Below are positions 13,165-28,927 of a stretch of 64,000 nt of DNA, piece by piece. Every line of letters starts with the position of its first letter. Position 1 is the first letter of the stretch. The DNA is from Octopus vulgaris (lineage: Eukaryota). A program made the position numbers and the translations under genes. The stretch is taken from the NCBI GenBank assembly GCA_951406725.2, contig OX597814.1, forward strand, positions 142,352,001-142,416,000, in the 5' to 3' direction. Under the pieces are notes generated by a model. That model was not told the DNA's origin and ran no database searches. It worked only from the letters and a program-made list of their open reading frames with translations.

Positions 13165-13382
13165 CGAGGAGGTGCTGATAAGTTCCTGGCTTTACGGGTA
13201 TCACGAAAGGCCTGGTTGGAGGCCCAACTTTCCGAGTTCTTTTATAGGTGGTAGAAAAACAGAAGGATCGCTGCAATAAGTGTGTGAATTTGAGAAGGAG
13301 AATATATTGAATAAAGTCATAATTACCTGATCCTACTGTATTTTCTGTTACTCAAAGCCAGGAACTTTTCAGCACCCCCTCG
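13165..13382. mobile_element. Mariner-type MITE
   Basis: TIRs CGAGGAGGTGCTGATAAGTTCCTGGCTTT / AAAGCCAGGAACTTTTCAGCACCCCCTCG, TA TSD. Confidence 0.85.
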
Positions 13383-13560
13383 TATTAGTCTACATATTTA
13401 TCGCTGTTCCTTGTCTATTTGTATGGGTCGGCTTTCAAAACTGGAGATTTAAACTTTGGGAGATAAATCTAACACTATAATTAACAAAATCAGAATTTAA
13501 TTTCTAAGAATATAAGAATTGAAAAATTAAGAAATTAAAACTTGAAGACATTATAAAAAA

Positions 13561-13612
<52 letters not shown>

Positions 13613-13730
13613 AACAAAGATAATAAAAATTAAATGGGTGTGTGATATGGGTCGATGGAGGGGGAAGGAAAGCTGCATTTATCGACATTTCTATCTATTT
13701 GTCTTTACAGCCGTTTGTATCATACACACG

Positions 13731-13778
<48 letters not shown>

Positions 13779-13911
13779 CTATCTATTTATCTCTATCTAT
13801 TTATCTCTATCTATTTATCTCTATCTATTTATCTCTATCTATCTCTATCACTATCTATCTATCTATCTATCTGTATCTATATACTTTTATGACGTGATAA
13901 CTACCTATTTA

Positions 13912-14129
13912 CGAGGAGGTGCTGATAAGTTCCTGGCTTTACGGGTATCACGAAAGGCCTGGTTGGAGGCCCAACTTTCCGAGTTCTTTTATAGGTGGTA
14001 GAAAGACAGAAGGATCGCTGCAATAAGTGTGTGAATTTGAGAAGGAGAATATATTGAATAAAGTCATAATTACCTGATCCTACTGTATTTTCTGTTACTC
14101 AAAGCCAGGAACTTTTCAGCACCCCCTCG
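13912..14129. mobile_element. Second copy of the mariner MITE, duplicated with its flanks
   Basis: Near-identical to 13165-13382 including flanks (offset 747). Confidence 0.85.
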
Positions 14130-14469
14130 TATTAGTCTACATATTTATCGCTGTTCCTTGTCTATTTGTATGGGTCGGCTTGAAAAAAAAAGAGCTATAA
14201 AGATTGCGGCGTTGTATGATAGGGGTGGATTGATGAACAATGAAAATAGATTTAATAAAATATATAATTAAAAAATATATCATGGTAATAGAAATTACAA
14301 ATAGATATTAAATATACGTAATTTATAATTAATAAACAAAGATAATAAAAATTAAATGGGTGTGTGATATGGGTCGATGGAGGGGGAAGGAAAGCTGCAT
14401 TTATCGACATTTCTATCTATTTGTCTTTACAGCCGTTTGTATCATACATTTATTTGCCTCTTTGTTTGA

Positions 14470-14550
<81 letters not shown>

Positions 14551-15057
14551 AATTCATGTGTATACGTATGTACATACGTATGTACATGTGCATGTATGTG
14601 TATGTGTGTAAGTGTAATACGAAATGAAAAGAATGAAAACTAATTATTTTAATAAATATAACGTTATAATTAACTTTGAAATGTGATAATTAATTTTAAA
14701 GAATTGAAGAATCAAGAAATTAAATATTAAATTTCCCCGCTAGACAGAGTTTTATCTGCAGGAATCTATGCATTTGTGTAGAGTGTTTCTAATGTTTCCA
14801 GCTGAAAATAGATTTAATAAAATATATAATTAAAAAATATATCATGGTAATAGAAATTACAAATAGATTTAAACCTTACCTTTTTGATTATTAGAAAATG
14901 CCCGTCTAAAAGTTTTCTAGTATTTTGCATATCTCTCCGTTGGCCTATTCATTTATCTGTGCATACATTTATTTGCCTCTTTGTTTGACTATCTATCTAT
15001 CTTCAGCGAAGAGAATAAAACCTCTACACAAGACAGACCGATTAGATAGATAGATAA

Positions 15058-17879
<2,822 letters not shown>

Positions 17880-18076
17880 ATTAAGAAAGGGGTTGAAAAA
17901 ATAATCATGAAAATAGTGGAAAAGTATGGGAGGGGTCGGTAGATGAACGAAGAAAACAACGATTGTAATTGTGAAAAAAATGGAAATGAAAATAAAAACA
18001 AATAAAAAATTAAAAACTCAGTTTAATGAAAAATATAATTAAAATATATATCGTGATAAAAGAAATTTAAGAATTT

Positions 18077-18725
18077 TTATGAAATACAGTTAATTTAGTT
18101 GATAAAACTACGTCTAATAAAAAGAAATTATATAACAAAGGAAAACTGTTTGAATATCGGTTGTCTTTCTATCAGTCTGCGTATTTATCTGTCTATCTGT
18201 TTATATATCTAACTATTAACGTGTACATGTATGTATGTATCATATAGAAGCATACACGTGTAAACATGAGTGTGTCTGTGTGTGTTTTGTGTTCGTGTGA
18301 TCATGAGAATGTGTACACGCACGCTTATGTGTAGTACACAATGAAAAGAATCAAAAGTAATTATTTTAATAAACATAAGCGTCATTATAATTACATCAAG
18401 GATGTGTGTATCCTTATCTATAGATAAAGATACATAGAAAGACAGAAGACAGAAAGGACCCAACAAAACAAGAGGAGACACGTGGGAGGGAGAGTCGCTG
18501 AAGAGGTCACAGGATGTGTGACAAAATATTTCAGACAAAAGGACATAAAATAAGAAAAATAATTAATTTGAAGTGAAGAATTATGTGAGAGTAATTGTTG
18601 AATAAAAAAATGACCATCCCGAAAAATAACAATAACAATATAAGAAACATACATACATACACACACATATTATATATATGTATGTGTGTGCGTGTGTGTA
18701 TATATGCATGTATGCATGCATGCAT

Positions 18726-18798
<73 letters not shown>

Positions 18799-18908
18799 CA
18801 TATGTATATATATATTGATCGAAATGGTAAGACAACAAAAGAATGAAAGAGACCTCGATATTATGTAGAGGAATTTATTTGTAAAATATGTGACAATTAT
18901 ATTTACGT

Positions 18909-18951
<43 letters not shown>

Positions 18952-19602
18952 TGTTATGAAATACAGTTAATTTAGTTGATAAAACTACGTCTAATAAAAA
19001 GAAATTATATAACAAAGGAAAACTGTTTGAATATCGGTTGTCTTTCTATCAGTCTGCGTATTTATCTGTCTATCTGTTTATATATCTAACTATTAACGTG
19101 TACATGTATGTATGTATCATATAGAAGCATACACGTGTAAACATGAGTGTGTCTGTGTGTGTTTTGTGTTCGTGTGATCATGAGAATGTGTACACGCACG
19201 CTTATGTGTAGTACACAATGAAAAGAATCAAAAGTAATTATTTTAATAAACATAAGCGTCATTATAATTACATCAAGGATGTGTGTATCCTTATCTATAG
19301 ATAAAGATACATAGAAAGACAGAAGACAGAAAGGACCCAACAAAACAAGAGGAGACACGTGGGAGGGAGAGTCGCTGAAGAGGTCACAGGATGTGTGACA
19401 AAATATTTCAGACAAAAGGACATAAAATAAGAAAAATAATTAATTTGAAGTGAAGAATTATGTGAGAGTAATTGTTGAATAAAAAAATGACCATCCCGAA
19501 AAATAACAATAACAATATAAGAAACATACATACATACACACACATATTATATATATGTATGTGTGTGCGTGTGTGTATATATGCATGTATGCATGCATGC
19601 AT

Positions 19603-19654
<52 letters not shown>

Positions 19655-19737
19655 CATACATATATATATATATATATACATATGTATATATATATTGATC
19701 GAAATGGTAAGACAACAAAAGAATGAAAGAGACCTCG
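18077..19737. repeat. Near-identical tandem duplication (offset 877 bp)
   Basis: 18077-18857 recurs at 18954-19737; ORF translations at 18209 and 19086 are identical. Confidence 0.9.
18494..18536 (+). ncRNA. Degenerate type I hammerhead (duplicate at 19371-19413)
   Basis: GTCG-CTGAAGA-G-GTCACA..TGTGAC-AAAA-TATTT-CAGAC; G12 lost at a CpG; stem II matches the 19994-20038 motif. Confidence 0.5.
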
Positions 19738-19796
19738 TATATTGGATATATATTATCCCATTGTGGGTTGAATTTTCAACCCCTATCTCATATTTA

Positions 19797-19874
<78 letters not shown>

Positions 19875-19879
<5 letters not shown>

Positions 19880-20720
19880 ATATTTCGGAATGGTCATATT
19901 GCCAGTTTAGCCAATAAAAACACACGCACTATATATTTGGTGTTATTTTGCTTCAGTGATATTTATTTTTTACATTAATCTTAATCTTATTTCGGCCAAA
20001 GTTCTTTCGTCACACTCCTGTGACCGCATCAGTGGTCCTTTGTTTTCTTCTCACTTACTTGTGTCTCTCCTTACTAACCGTCAGCCATTTTGTAATTCTA
20101 TTGTATGTCTTCATTCGCGCATGCTTATATCCCTATGTGCGTCTATGTTTATTTAGTGTGTGTGTGTGGGGGGGATGCCTGTAATATTTGTATCTTCTGG
20201 TTATATACATTCTTGTAATTTGTATTTTGTTTTTGTTGTTGTTGCTTTTGTTCTAATTTTGTTCATGTGTTTACATCCACCCATTATTATCATTACATAT
20301 GCTTGTATGTATGTATAACAACAATAATAAATCTAATTGAAAAAAAAAAAATATATATATATATACACACACATATACACATATACATACACATATACAT
20401 ATATATAGTTATTCATTTCTATTTCTTTAATTATCTGTGTATTTATTATGTTTGCAGGATCCACTATCGTCATATGTTGTGGTGTGCGCTATTGCTCCAT
20501 TCTAGTTTTCTATTCAGGCTAGGTTTATTTTCTATTATATGTGTAGCTTCTATAATTTGTCTAATTGTTGCATCTGTTCTATGTGTGGACAATATCTTAA
20601 TCTCTATGTTATTGATTGATCCCCCGTGTTCTTGTTCAGCGTGTTGGTACAGAATCGATGAGCTTTTACCTTCCTTTATTGGCTAAACTGGCAATATGAC
20701 CATTCCGAAATATAACAATA
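19875..20720 (-). mobile_element. 5'-truncated Penelope-like element: GIY-YIG C-terminus, hammerhead, inverted terminal copy
   Basis: ~20500-20678 minus encodes KEGKSSSILYQHAEQEH..IKILSTHRTDATIRQIIEATHIIENKPSLNRKLEW; HHR at 19994-20038; 19875-19916 is inverted at ~20676-20720. Confidence 0.75.
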
Positions 20721-20774
20721 TCTGTTTCAACACACGACTTCACATAAAAAATCTTGCACAACAAATATTTAAAC

Positions 20775-20835
<61 letters not shown>

Positions 20836-21643
20836 GCATACATACATAAGGCACGTGTTTTGCCAGTTCGTGGGCAGGCACATACAGTCAGGTATCTCTG
20901 TGGTGACTTGGACTACTACAAACAGCAGTCAAATCTCTCGTGAAACATGCCTTCATCAATAGAAAGCAGATTTACAGTATTTCAGGAAGAAAAAAGATAA
21001 CTATACGATGGGTTTGCCACATCAGGGATAACTCAGGGCTAAATAAAATACAAACAAACATACTCCACATCAAAAGATTATCTACTAAATAATACTAATA
21101 AAGTTGACGGCATATCTTCGAAGTTTCATTCCCTAGTAAAACTCCATGTATTTTAAGCATTTTCTCACTATGCTCTAAGACATAAAGATTGTTCATGCAG
21201 AGTTACCTCCCTTAACTGAAGACCTCAAAATTGTGCGACCCGATCTCGTTTTCGAGGTTATCTTAGTAGTAAAAAAGACTTGTGCAAAATGCACAAATCC
21301 ATAAGGAACATACGCACATACACACGCGCGCAAACTCTGCTTATATATATATATAGGGAGCTTACCTCCCTCGTCAATCATAAAATAAGTGCTTCATTGT
21401 GGCTCGTTGGATTACCATTGAACCTACGAAGTTGGCCAGGAGTACCTGTTGGCCATTGATGTTTGCTGTGTGAACTGTTTTTCTTTTCTCTATCCTTCTG
21501 TTTTTTTCTTTCTTTTTGGAGCTGTTTTTGCGTTTCTTTTGAATTTTATTTTTATTCATATTTTTTTTAACTGACTTGTTTATTTCTTTTAGGACTTGTT
21601 AATTTATTTGGACTTACCTTCTTCTTTTGAACTGACTTTTAAC

Positions 21644-22750
21644 ATGGCAAATACAAAAAGTGCCTTAGAATTGGAGTTGGTCCCACCCAAGCAATGGATT
21701 GAAAGCCTTGAGAGAAGGACGGTGGTACTACGGACCTATTCTAGGTCGCGTGACGCCATCGCCCTCTTCAACAAGGATATTATTAGTAAAGAGCTGGCAA
21801 AATGTTTGCCAGCTAAAAATTATTATGTAACCAGGGGTGTCAAATACGCCACGGTGTGGTTACTTTTCGACACTCCTGTGGAAGCTTGCACTGTGGCAGG
21901 CCAGCCCCTGGAAGGGGAGGAGATTTTGTTTCTTCCCACATATCGTGGGAAGAAGGTGATAAGGGCCTGGGTATGTGGTCTTTCACTGGGCATCGAAGCG
22001 GGGTGGATTGCAGATGCCATCCGGCGGGGCCTAGGGGATAGCGGGCCCAGGCTTTTAAATACAGAGATAAAGCCTGCGGTCGACTGGGAGGGTGCAAAGG
22101 CAACTTTGACCCTGTGGACCCCAGTGTCCGCGGGTGAAATGACTTTCCCTGACTTTTTAAAAAAGGATGGCTCAAGGTATCCAGTGATACTTGAGGGTCG
22201 ACCCCCATGTGTCGCTCGTGCCTGGAGTCAGGCCACATTAAGATGGACTGCCCACGGGGCCGTGGTAAGGTCCCGGAGCAGGAAAATGTGAAGGTGTCCT
22301 CCGCTCTCCCATTGCAGGGAGAAACGGCGGAAGTCGTTGAGGCCGATGCCTCAACGAGAAAGAAAAGAAAGGTGAGCAACAATGGTTGCACACCAACAGA
22401 CGCGCAGGTTGCGGGAGAGGAGGAGAACCCGCCCACGGGTGTGCCAGTGGAGGCTCCGACTCCCGCACCCGTAAGAAGGAAAAAGAGAAGGAAGAGAAAC
22501 GGGAAACGGTCGGCGAATAACGCTGTGCCGCCGACTGAATCCGATGCTCCTCCGGTGGAAGGTGTGCCACCGGAGCGAGAGGCTCTGTCAGTGGGAATTG
22601 TGCCACTGACAGCGCGTGCTGAGGCCCCGCCCCCTGAGGAGGATGTGAAACCCGTCGTTTTCTATCTCAGGAAAGGGCCTGTCGAGAAGTGCTTGGACGG
22701 TCATCCAGGCCGAGAACGATTGGACTCGGTTTGTATAGACTGTCCAGACT
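21644..22750 (+). pseudogene. LINE ORF1 (Tx1/L1-like) with CCHC zinc knuckle, frameshifted and 3'-truncated
   Basis: ATG at 21644 (MANTKSALE); frameshift near 22205; CRSCLESGHIKMDC followed by a basic, Pro-rich region. Confidence 0.75.
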
Positions 22751-22794
22751 GGCCTCTGCAGTCAAATGACTGAAACAAATAAAAGAATAAAATA

Positions 22795-22920
<126 letters not shown>

Positions 22921-22989
22921 TATATACATATACATATATACACACACACACACCACACACATATATATATATGTATATAAAGAAACTGA

Positions 22990-23750
22990 GAGGGGGAGAA
23001 GAACAGTTAAAAAAGCAAACTCTATGCGTGTTGAATAGCCGTTGTTTTTAAATAGAACAAGGGCATTTCTCCTTGTTCACAGTAATTTTAGACTAAATCC
23101 TCTAAAGGTGTATTTTAGGTATTTTCTATAGCTATGTACAGCGAGAACATTCTGAAGTTGTGATATACTCATACCATTGTCTTCATACGGTCTAATTCTA
23201 GATGGATTTTGTAAAGGCAAGTATATAGAGTCCTATTATCTCATAAACCTCTACTCCGTCACAACTACTTATAACCCTTGCACCTAAGCCAAAGAAACAA
23301 TATTCATGTAAAGCAATGACTTTCGAGCATTCGTTATAATCTTAAAATCGATATCATTAATATCAGATAATGAACAATCGAACAATAAAGCTTTCAGAAG
23401 CAAAGGTTTTCTGATGGTTAGGATAAAATTCCATTATGTTCAATTGAGAAAATTTGCAATTATATTTATCCTCTATGTTAATATAACAGCCGATTGCCCA
23501 CGAACTGTTATTCCATAAAGAGAAACTAGTAGCTTGTGTAATTTTTAAATTAATGAAACCTAAAATAAATGGATGATTCTTTGTAAGATTAATTAGTTTA
23601 TACATACGATTAATCGAAAAGTTATCTTTGTGGTCTTTCAAGGTTATATAAGGTTGACGCTTCACCAGAGATTCGACTATATAATCTCTCATAAATTGGG
23701 ATGCTTGTCTAGTACTTCTGTATTGATATTATTGTATGTGTTGAAATTGG
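22990..23750 (-). pseudogene. Penelope-like reverse transcriptase remnant
   Basis: YITLKDHKDNF..LINLTK..LWNNSS..CKFSQLNIMEFYP resembles the PLE RT N-terminal motifs; many stops. Confidence 0.65.
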
Positions 23751-23756
23751 TCTTTC

Positions 23757-23787
<31 letters not shown>

Positions 23788-23969
23788 TGTATGTATGTAT
23801 GTATGTATGTATGTATGTATATGTATATACATATATAAATATATGTATATATATGTATGTATGTATGTGTGTATATATGTATGCGTATATGTATGTATGT
23901 ATGTATGTATGTATATATGTATGTATGTTTGTATGTATGTATGTATGTATATGTTTCGATATATCATTC

Positions 23970-24700
23970 AAAACAAGTAACTTGACTTCAATGCACTTGT
24001 TGCAGCCACCTTGGAAGTCCCCAGAGAAATCCTCAAACGTGAATGTGGCCAGCACACTTCTCACACCTACTTTATCTTCTCACAAGGAGCAAGGCCTGGA
24101 CTGTAGGGAGGTTGAGGAACAATTTTGATCTTCATCTCTGTCAAGTAATTGATTGCTAGAATGGAATTGTGGAATGGTGTGCTGTCCTGAGGCAGGTGCT
24201 TTGGCTTTTGTGACGAATTCTTTTTGTGAACTCGCTCAAAGCTTCTACAAAGTACTTTTTGTTGACCTCTAGACAAAGGGAGCCTAGTGGTTGTAGCTGC
24301 TGCCCTTGCTATTAATAAAGGGGAACATTATGAGCTTCTTGATGGACTTGTTTTGCCTGGTTTCTTCTGCCAGCAACAAAACATATGCTCGACTCACACA
24401 AGTTAATCCATGATCAGTCTAGAGCATTTCATAAAAGCAGTCTGTAGCATTTTTACCGAGGGTAACACAAAACTTCGTTGTATAGCGAGCTTCAAAATTG
24501 TCTTCCCGTCCCAACTGCATTCTATAGACTTGTCATCTATGACAAGTAGTGTTTAGTAGGGTGTGTTCAAAGTGCTGTGGAAGCCTTCTCTTCAAATCTA
24601 GAATAAAAGATGTTGGAGGTTAGCTTATTAGATGTATAATAATGATCAAATAGGAGTGCCTTTCCTGAAAAAGTCTCAAAACTTCCAGAATGCACCTCGT
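23970..24700 (-). mobile_element. Mariner remnant with one TIR
   Basis: PQPPYSPGLAPC (YSPDLAP-like); terminus TA-CGAGGTGCATTCTGGAAGT on the minus strand near 24700. Confidence 0.7.
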
Positions 24701-24782
24701 ACGTTCATACATACACATATTTATATGCATATACACATGTGTGTCTGTGTGTGTGTATGATTATGTATGCATTTATGTGTGT

Positions 24783-24940
24783 ACGCTGGAGTTGAACTAG
24801 GGACGGCTGATGAAGGGGATTTTCCTTGTGTAGTTGTCTTGTACTCTGTTTTTTCGTTGTTAAAGGAATGGTCCGTTCCATGCTGTTTTTACGTTTTCGT
24901 TTCTCGTTGAGTTCTACGTCTATTTGTGGTGTCCTGTACA
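24783..24940 (+). mobile_element. Truncated copy of the rearranged-hammerhead repeat family
   Basis: GGGACGG-CTGATGA (24807-24813)-A-GGGG and downstream GTCCTGTAC, shared with the copies near 12.2, 40.9 and 52.0 kb. Confidence 0.55.
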
Positions 24941-25114
24941 CACGTATATATATTTATATATGCATGTATATATACATGTAGATGTAGGTACGTACATATA
25001 TGTTTGTATGTATGCATATATTTTATTTATTACACTATTGTATGACTGAGCGTCTTCGCGTCGATTCGATTCGATTCGTTTGGTTTCGTTTCGTTTCTTC
25101 TTGTTCTCTAAGCT

Positions 25115-25181
<67 letters not shown>

Positions 25182-25184
<3 letters not shown>

Positions 25185-26843
25185 CGAAAAATATGTCCTA
25201 CTAGCCATAGATGAAGTGGACACAAACTCAGCTGCTGGTCCAGATGGTTTCCCAGCCATCCTCTTCAAAGCGTATAAGCATGCCCTGGCAAAACCCCTCA
25301 AGATTCTCTTCCAGAGCTTTCTTGCGAATGGCAAACTGCCAAGCAAGCTGAAGGAGGAAATAATATGCCCAATACATAAAGGGGGAAGTAGAGCAGATGC
25401 CAAAAACTATAGGCCTATCTCTCTGACTTCACACATCACCAAAGTCATGGAACGGATAGTCAGAAAGAAACTAATCGCATTCCTTGAGGAAAATAACTTG
25501 CTGAGTGATACCCAGCATGGTTTTCGACCAGGTAGGAGCTGCCTGACCCAACTCTTACAACATTATGACTGGGTGTTGAGGCAGTTACTCAACAAATCAA
25601 ATGTGGACGTAATCTACCTTGATTTTGCAAAAGCTTTTGACAAGGTGGATCATTGTATGATATGTCACAAACTGCGTGACCTCGGCACAGCTGGAAAACT
25701 TGGAGTGTGGTTACATGACTTCCTGAAAGGTAGGAGTCAGGCAGTTGTGGTTAATGGAGCCACCTCTATGAACACACAAATAGTGAGCGGTGTTCCACGG
25801 GGCATTGTCTTGGGACCACTGCTTTTTATAGTAGCCCTCTCAGATATGCCCTCAAATGCCCGGATAGCCACTCTGGCCAGCTATGCAGACGATACAGAAC
25901 TCCAGCGATGTTGCACACCTGCAGCAGGAGTTGGATTCAATCTACAGCTGGGCTGAGGATAATAATATGCAGTTTAATGCTGAAAAATTCCAGGCCCTGC
26001 GCTACCAGCATCCAAAACTGAATATTAAACTTACAGGATACACCTGTCCACAGGGAATTTCAATCCCAGAGCCTAAGTCTGTGAGGGACCTGAGTATCGA
26101 CATAAGTGATGACACCTCTTTCCAAGTGCACATTACTAGGATGGCAACAAAGTGCAGACGACTGGCTGGGTGGATCCTAAGAACATTCAGAACCAGAGAT
26201 AAGGAAACCATGATGCTCCTCTGGCTGACATTCGTCCTCAGCTACCTGGATTACTGCTCACAGCTATGGTCACCCACCAGTGTAAAATTAACAGCGGACC
26301 TTGAAGCAATCCAGAGAAGATTCACAAAGAAGATCGTCTCTTTGCAACAGCTCAGCTACTGGGAAAGGTTGAAACAGCTAAGACTCTACTCCCTGGAGAG
26401 AAGACGGGAGAGGTATGCAGTAATATATGTCTGGGAGATCCTGGAAGGAATCGTGCAAAATTTTGGCATTGTAAGCTACACCAATGCTAGAACGGGACGA
26501 CACTGCATAGTGCCAAAGATCCCAGCAATGCCATCACGCTTCAGGACCAGCTTCTGCAACAGCCTGGGTTTCAAGGGCCCACAGCTTTTTAATATTCTCC
26601 CAAAGAGTCTGAGGAACTTGCACAAAGTAGATGTAGCGGTTTTTAAATCAAAGCTGGACATCTTCCTGTCAAGAGTCCCAGATGAACCTACCTCACGGCA
26701 AGAGGTGCAAATGGGAGTAGCTATATCAAACTCCATTCTTTACCAAGTGCCACATGTTAGACGAGGTTCTTCGTAATAACAGTGTAGCACAAAATGGCGG
26801 TGCATCAGCATGACCGCAGCTCTGAGCTGAAACTAGAAAAAAA
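25182..26843 (+). pseudogene. 5'-truncated CR1-like LINE (ORF2 RT and C-terminus), frameshift after YADD
   Basis: AAGPDG, YRPISLTS, QHGFRPGRSC, YLDFAKAFDKV, SGVPRG, YADD; second frame has LDYCSQLWSP and LYSLERRRER; stop at 26776, then a short tail. Confidence 0.9.
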
Positions 26844-26894
26844 ATATATATATATACTAGCTGATTCCTGTTTTTAGGAATTCTTAATAAGCTA

Positions 26895-27058
26895 TGGACG
26901 TCACCAACAGTGCAAATAACATGAAATACGTAAACAAATGAGGGAATCCAAGTGAAATACGTAAACAACTAGAAAAAATGGAAAACAGGACAAGTAAACA
27001 CAGAGAAAGGACCCTCCATCAGTTGTCGGCTGTCTATCTACCCCTCATTTTGAGCATT
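26895..27058 (-). mobile_element. Truncated, degenerate copy of the rearranged-hammerhead family
   Basis: Minus strand GCTC-AAAA-TGAGGG..GACAA-CTGATGG-A-GGGT; the NUH strand is missing. Confidence 0.45.
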
Positions 27059-27105
<47 letters not shown>

Positions 27106-27160
27106 TAGATAGATATATATAGATATATATAGATATAAATATATATATACATATATATAC

Positions 27161-27212
<52 letters not shown>

Positions 27213-27841
27213 TAAGTAGAGTCAGCGGTTGGAATAACCGTCTTATGGATAAGAATATCCGTTATTACTAACGGTATAAATTAACGATGTTAACCCTGGG
27301 CATGGATATGCAAGCATACTATGCTCATAGAATACGGATAATAACAAAATAAACAAGAGTTTATCAGGAATCAAATTTAAAATAAGCAGAAAATGGAGAA
27401 AACTTTTGATTAACCAAAACCCTAGCATTGCTTACACCCGTTTCTGCTGCCAATGTCAGTCGGTGACCCCAAATTATGAGAATGATATTCGTCATCATTA
27501 TAGCTCATCCGATCTAGTACATGGGGCTTCATCAGAGTGAATACAAATGAATAAAATAAAAGAAGAGAGAAGAGGAAAGAACAGGGCCTCGAGATGAGGA
27601 AAGAAGGCATAATAAATTAGAATCATACCATTTTGCAGTGTAAAGCTTGAAGTCGATGAGCAAACGAATAAACTAGCAAATAAACTAGAAAAATAATTAG
27701 TGGGTTAATCTTTCTTTAGGGGTACCAGGGTGTATGAATAATAAGAAAATAAAACTAGTAATTAAGTAAAACAGGATTCGACAATAAACCTAGAAAAAGA
27801 ATAGTACTTATGATTTCGTAAATAGCGCGAGTAAATACCAC

Positions 27842-28162
27842 GAGTGGCTGTGTGGTAAGTACTTTGCTTCCCAACCACATGGCTCCGGGCTCAGTCTCAC
27901 TGCGTGGCACCTTGGGCAGGTGTCTTCTATTATAGCCTCAGGCCGATCAAAGCCTTGTGAGTAGATTTGGTAGACGGAAACTGAAAGAAGCCCGTGTTGT
28001 ATATATATATGTGTGTGTGTCTACGTCCCCGTAACTTAGCAGTTCGACAAAAGAGACCAAGAAGTGCTACGCTTACAAAGAACAAGTCCTGGGTTCGATT
28101 TGTTTGATTAAAGGCGGTGCTCCAGCATGGCCGCAGTCAAATGACTGAAACAAATAAAAGAA
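27842..28162 (+). mobile_element. SINE family A
   Basis: Same head and tail as 607-1000. Confidence 0.85.
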
Positions 28163-28337
28163 TATATGTATAATCTATTTCGCTATATTTTAGATTATAA
28201 TGAAAACAATTTAACAATTTAACATTAAAACTGAAGAATTACTGAATTCTTTTTCGTAGAATGCGTATATTTAAATTTTACAAGTGCAGTAACAGTGATT
28301 TCGACAACAAAAACAATAATAATAAATTATTATTATT

Positions 28338-28893
28338 GAGTGAGAGAGCAGTGCATGCCACAAAGTGACACTGGGATAAAATATACGAAGCCCAATATAC
28401 CCATCATGACTACCCGTCTGATAAGGGTAGACTAGGCACATGCATCACAACCATATGTGCGCGACATGGTGATCTCATATCAAGATAAACAGCACATGAC
28501 CTTGCAGGTGGGGCCCAGTTAGAATTTTCTTCTGGTCGAGTAAACCATCCCGCTCAAAAGGTCCCTGAATAAGGGTTGCTTAAGGATGCTGAACGAAACA
28601 TCCATGTTTCCAGAGGTGAATAATTCAAACCCCAAAGAATCCCTCTCAAAACATGGCTATGATGCTCCTCCACTACTTCTGCTCGCGATCAGAGATGCAC
28701 ATATCGTCAGCCACTAAGGGACACTCTCAACCTTGTTTAGGTCAAACAACTGACAAGCAAATCTGAGGTATTGAGCAGAATATTTGCTGTAGCAACTCTT
28801 TTATACCAAGACAAAACAATGTACATGATAACCCTTCCAATCAGTTAAGATTAGAAGCCACGAGAGCCACTTCCTGGTACTGCATCAGGGCAT
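28338..28893. mobile_element. Unclassified interspersed element embedded in (TAT)n
   Basis: Higher-GC 555-bp block bounded on both sides by TAT/ATT repeats, next to the Dong-like LINE. Confidence 0.4.
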
Positions 28894-28927
28894 GTAAATT
28901 ATTACCATTATTATTATTATTATTATT

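Noticed and set aside
28780-28893. HDV-like or other ribozyme at the end of the TAT-embedded element, and at the RTE-like 56820-57020 segment
   Set aside because: I could not build the nested double pseudoknot by eye; a descriptor search is needed.
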